Assembly: GCA_026936335.1 (NCBI GenBank) | Contig: JAPMXV010000025.1 | Coordinates: 1-64,000 of the forward strand | Source: Mantamonas sphyraenae STR306 | Lineage: Eukaryota > Protista > CRuMs | DNA length: 64,000 nt | Reading direction: 5' to 3' | Shown: positions 62,401 through 64,000 of the stretch, piece after piece | Position numbering within the stretch: the first letter of the stretch is position 1 | Layout of the letters: every line of letters begins with the position of its first letter | Notes under the pieces: model-generated | Seen by the model: only the letters and a program-made list of their open reading frames with translations | What the model was told of the DNA's origin: nothing | Database searches by the model: none | Translations under genes and position numbers: made by a program

Positions 62401-64000
62401 GAAACGGTGTTCCGGCAATGATCTGCGACAGTTCCGCCGCATTCGGGTCGCCTGCAACCATCCAATCGCCAAAGCCAGCCAGGGAGTAGCACACCGTACC
62501 TGTGCCCGTGACAGGTGTCACCGTGCTGACAAAGTCGTACGAGCCGGTGGCGCCGCGAAGATAGGCCAGGCAGGCACCCACGTTTGAGTCCCAGTACCTG
62601 CCAGCACCTGCCATCATCCAATCACGCATCAAATACAGTCCCTCTTCGCCAAACTCGGTGTCTGGGCCCGGTGTGTAGGCAGGCACGGCGCCGGGGAGCA
62701 CCGTTTGCAAATGTTCAAAGCTGCCGTCCGCCTGACGTTCCCACAGGATGACTTCCCCTGTGACGTCGTCGGAGCCACGGGAGCCTGCTGCAAGTACGTT
62801 ATAGTCTGCATACAGATTTTGTCCAAGGACGTCGCTTGTGGTGGGCGGGCGCGTGAGGTTCATGGTCTGTTCGTACTGAATGTCCAGCGTGCGTGCAGGC
62901 ACGGTGGAGGATACGCCGTCGTTGTAGCTGACAGTGACAGCCACTGCACCCGCAGCGGTCTCGTCCAGCCGGTCAGCAGGGCCTGTGAAGCACACGCCCA
63001 TGGTGCTGTTGACCACACGCATCATGCCTGATGCATACACACTGTTGCTACCGTAGTTGCATCGCGGTGCTCGATGCAGTGCTGTGTCCCCTGTGGGGAA
63101 CCCTGTGCCCGTCACCGTCACCAGCGAGCCGCCCTGGATGTACGTCGCGGTCGTCAACATTCCCGTCGCACTGATGGGCGCATAGAAGTACACAGTCGCC
63201 ACATGGGTGCCATACGGCAATGCATGTGATCCCTCGGCTGGGATGAACACATCTGCATACCCTGCTGCTCCAGACGGCGACGCGGGCGCGGTACACGTGA
63301 TTATCTGCGCACTCACTCGCGTGCAAGTCACGTCCGTGTGGGCGTTGGTTTGTTGCGAGCGGAACCGCACAGTGGGTGTGGCCGCTGCAGGGAAGCGAGC
63401 ACCATACAGAGTCACTGTGGCCCCTCCTGCCTGGGGCACCGTGTCGGGACGCACCGCACGCGGTCTCCAGCTGCATTGTGTGCTGCACGACCACGTTTGT
63501 GTGTTGACACACTCATTGCTTGCACAGTTGGGACTCAGTTCTGTGTCGGGTTGGGGTGTGGGGGGCCAGGAAAGCAGTGTGTGTGAGCGCCGGAGGAATG
63601 TTTTTCTACGAATGGAAGGAAAAGATGTCCGCCCCCCGTTCATGAGCTGCCATACACACAAACTTACCAAACAGTCGTGTCACGTTGTTGTTATCTGCTG
63701 TTGTGCTCACGAGGATGCTCTGTGAGGTAAAGTGCACATGGTGAGGCGCTCCGGGCACCGATTCGCTGTGAACACGCGTCCAGGAAGTCGCGTTTGCACG
63801 TGCATAGACTGTGGTGCGGGGTGTTGAGTGTCAGTTGGGTGCGATGGTACGTTTGCGGCCCATGTTTGCACACGATGGGTGCGGTGGTGCCGTTAACAAG
63901 CGTCGCTGTGGACGTGTTTGCAGGAAAGGAAGTTTCAAACTAACCCATGACGCGAGTGTTGCTCGACACAGAAATCTGTGACAAAACGGCCACGGTGTCC
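35485..64000 (-). CDS. Giant multi-pass cell-surface receptor/adhesin, 5'-partial (>9,400 aa in window). Exons 63945..>64000, 63668..63808 and 35485..63540; single-base frame breaks at ~58535, ~41651, ~38427
   Basis: ORFs 58148..63670, 41572..58587, 37673..41620 and 35485..38913 join by 1-nt corrections with motif continuity (MRF|GLGG, YAVF|SSFSGL, FYRCQ|NTVAC). Introns 63541..63667 (GTAAGT) and 63809..63944 (GTTAGT) keep the frame open to the window end. Confidence 0.88.
35500..36285 (-). other. Two tandem RGS (regulator of G-protein signalling)-like domains: ~35915-36285 and ~35500-35829
   Basis: ALTDPESRAMLLAYLKEH...F+LAVVEM...ANEITIEFFDDDGDRYL...DLYD...LFESKYWPAF follows the RGS helix pattern. 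The upstream segment ALQSLDTRRELLAWLDTH...VVERFLDDDSDDFV...LFAESTFDEF is a diverged second copy. Confidence 0.65.
36474..36640 (-). repeat. 51-nt coding tandem repeat (LRPSRSNTRLGQGSGGS), about 3 copies
   Basis: Near-identical units gaaggctg.c.ccacttccctggcccaggcg.gtgttggaacgcgatggtc on the + strand. Confidence 0.9.
37130..38295 (-). other. Multi-pass membrane domain (~9 TM helices) of the giant protein, preceded by Cys-rich (ephrin-receptor/GCC-like) repeats
   Basis: CAEGYEGPLCSVC, KIVLNYLQV, DMRVSC, FLYDGY...FYWEIVIMTRK and RPF...NLETISL, typical of the protist TRP-C-terminal-like multi-pass family. Nine hydrophobic stretches counted. Confidence 0.8.
38800..44920 (-). repeat. 18 tandem ~110-aa Ig/invasin-like repeats (stalk)
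   Basis: Recurrent V.PG.A..L ... P.+.+...DA.GN ... A.F..L.L..P..G.Y.+...S.GL motif; 18 copies counted by eye. Confidence 0.75.
47350..63540 (-). repeat. Nine complete ~1.65-1.95 kb super-repeats: Cys linker + 2 IPT/TIG domains + FG-GAP (integrin-alpha-like) beta-propeller
   Basis: Ten 4-Cys linkers (e.g. CPTRVCFDGTTFECVPC, CPNACFNAATFVCDNC, CAPTCFNTERWECAKC). Each is followed by GG..V.+.G..F IPT motifs and then FG..VA...+VGAP...GAVYV blades. Confidence 0.85.

Overview
This window is the left end of a eukaryotic chromosome from a GC-rich, intron-poor, very compact genome, most likely a protist; the taxon cannot be determined from sequence alone. It begins with a (CCCTAA)n telomere (1-125). 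A short accessory subtelomere (about 0.5-9.6 kb) follows. It holds an orphan gene built from four copies of an unrecognised ~185-aa domain and a four-member family of LRR + ankyrin proteins ending in a C-terminal F-box-like motif (one copy decayed). Next come housekeeping genes packed with gaps of only 39-168 bp: ribophorin I, an API5-like gene, a Hobbit/BLTP2-like lipid-transfer gene, a CH-PH-VPS9 gene and SZT2. The remainder (35.5 kb to the window end) is one giant minus-strand gene of more than 9,000 aa. Its ectodomain has repeated [IPT-IPT-FG-GAP propeller-Cys linker] modules, a discoidin-like domain and 18 Ig-like repeats, followed by ~9 TM helices and two cytoplasmic RGS-like domains. 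Several long genes are broken by 1-nt indels in short homopolymers, probably assembly errors. A strong C>G skew on the + strand, independent of gene orientation, fades about 27-30 kb from the telomere. All domain calls are motif recognition by eye, not database results.
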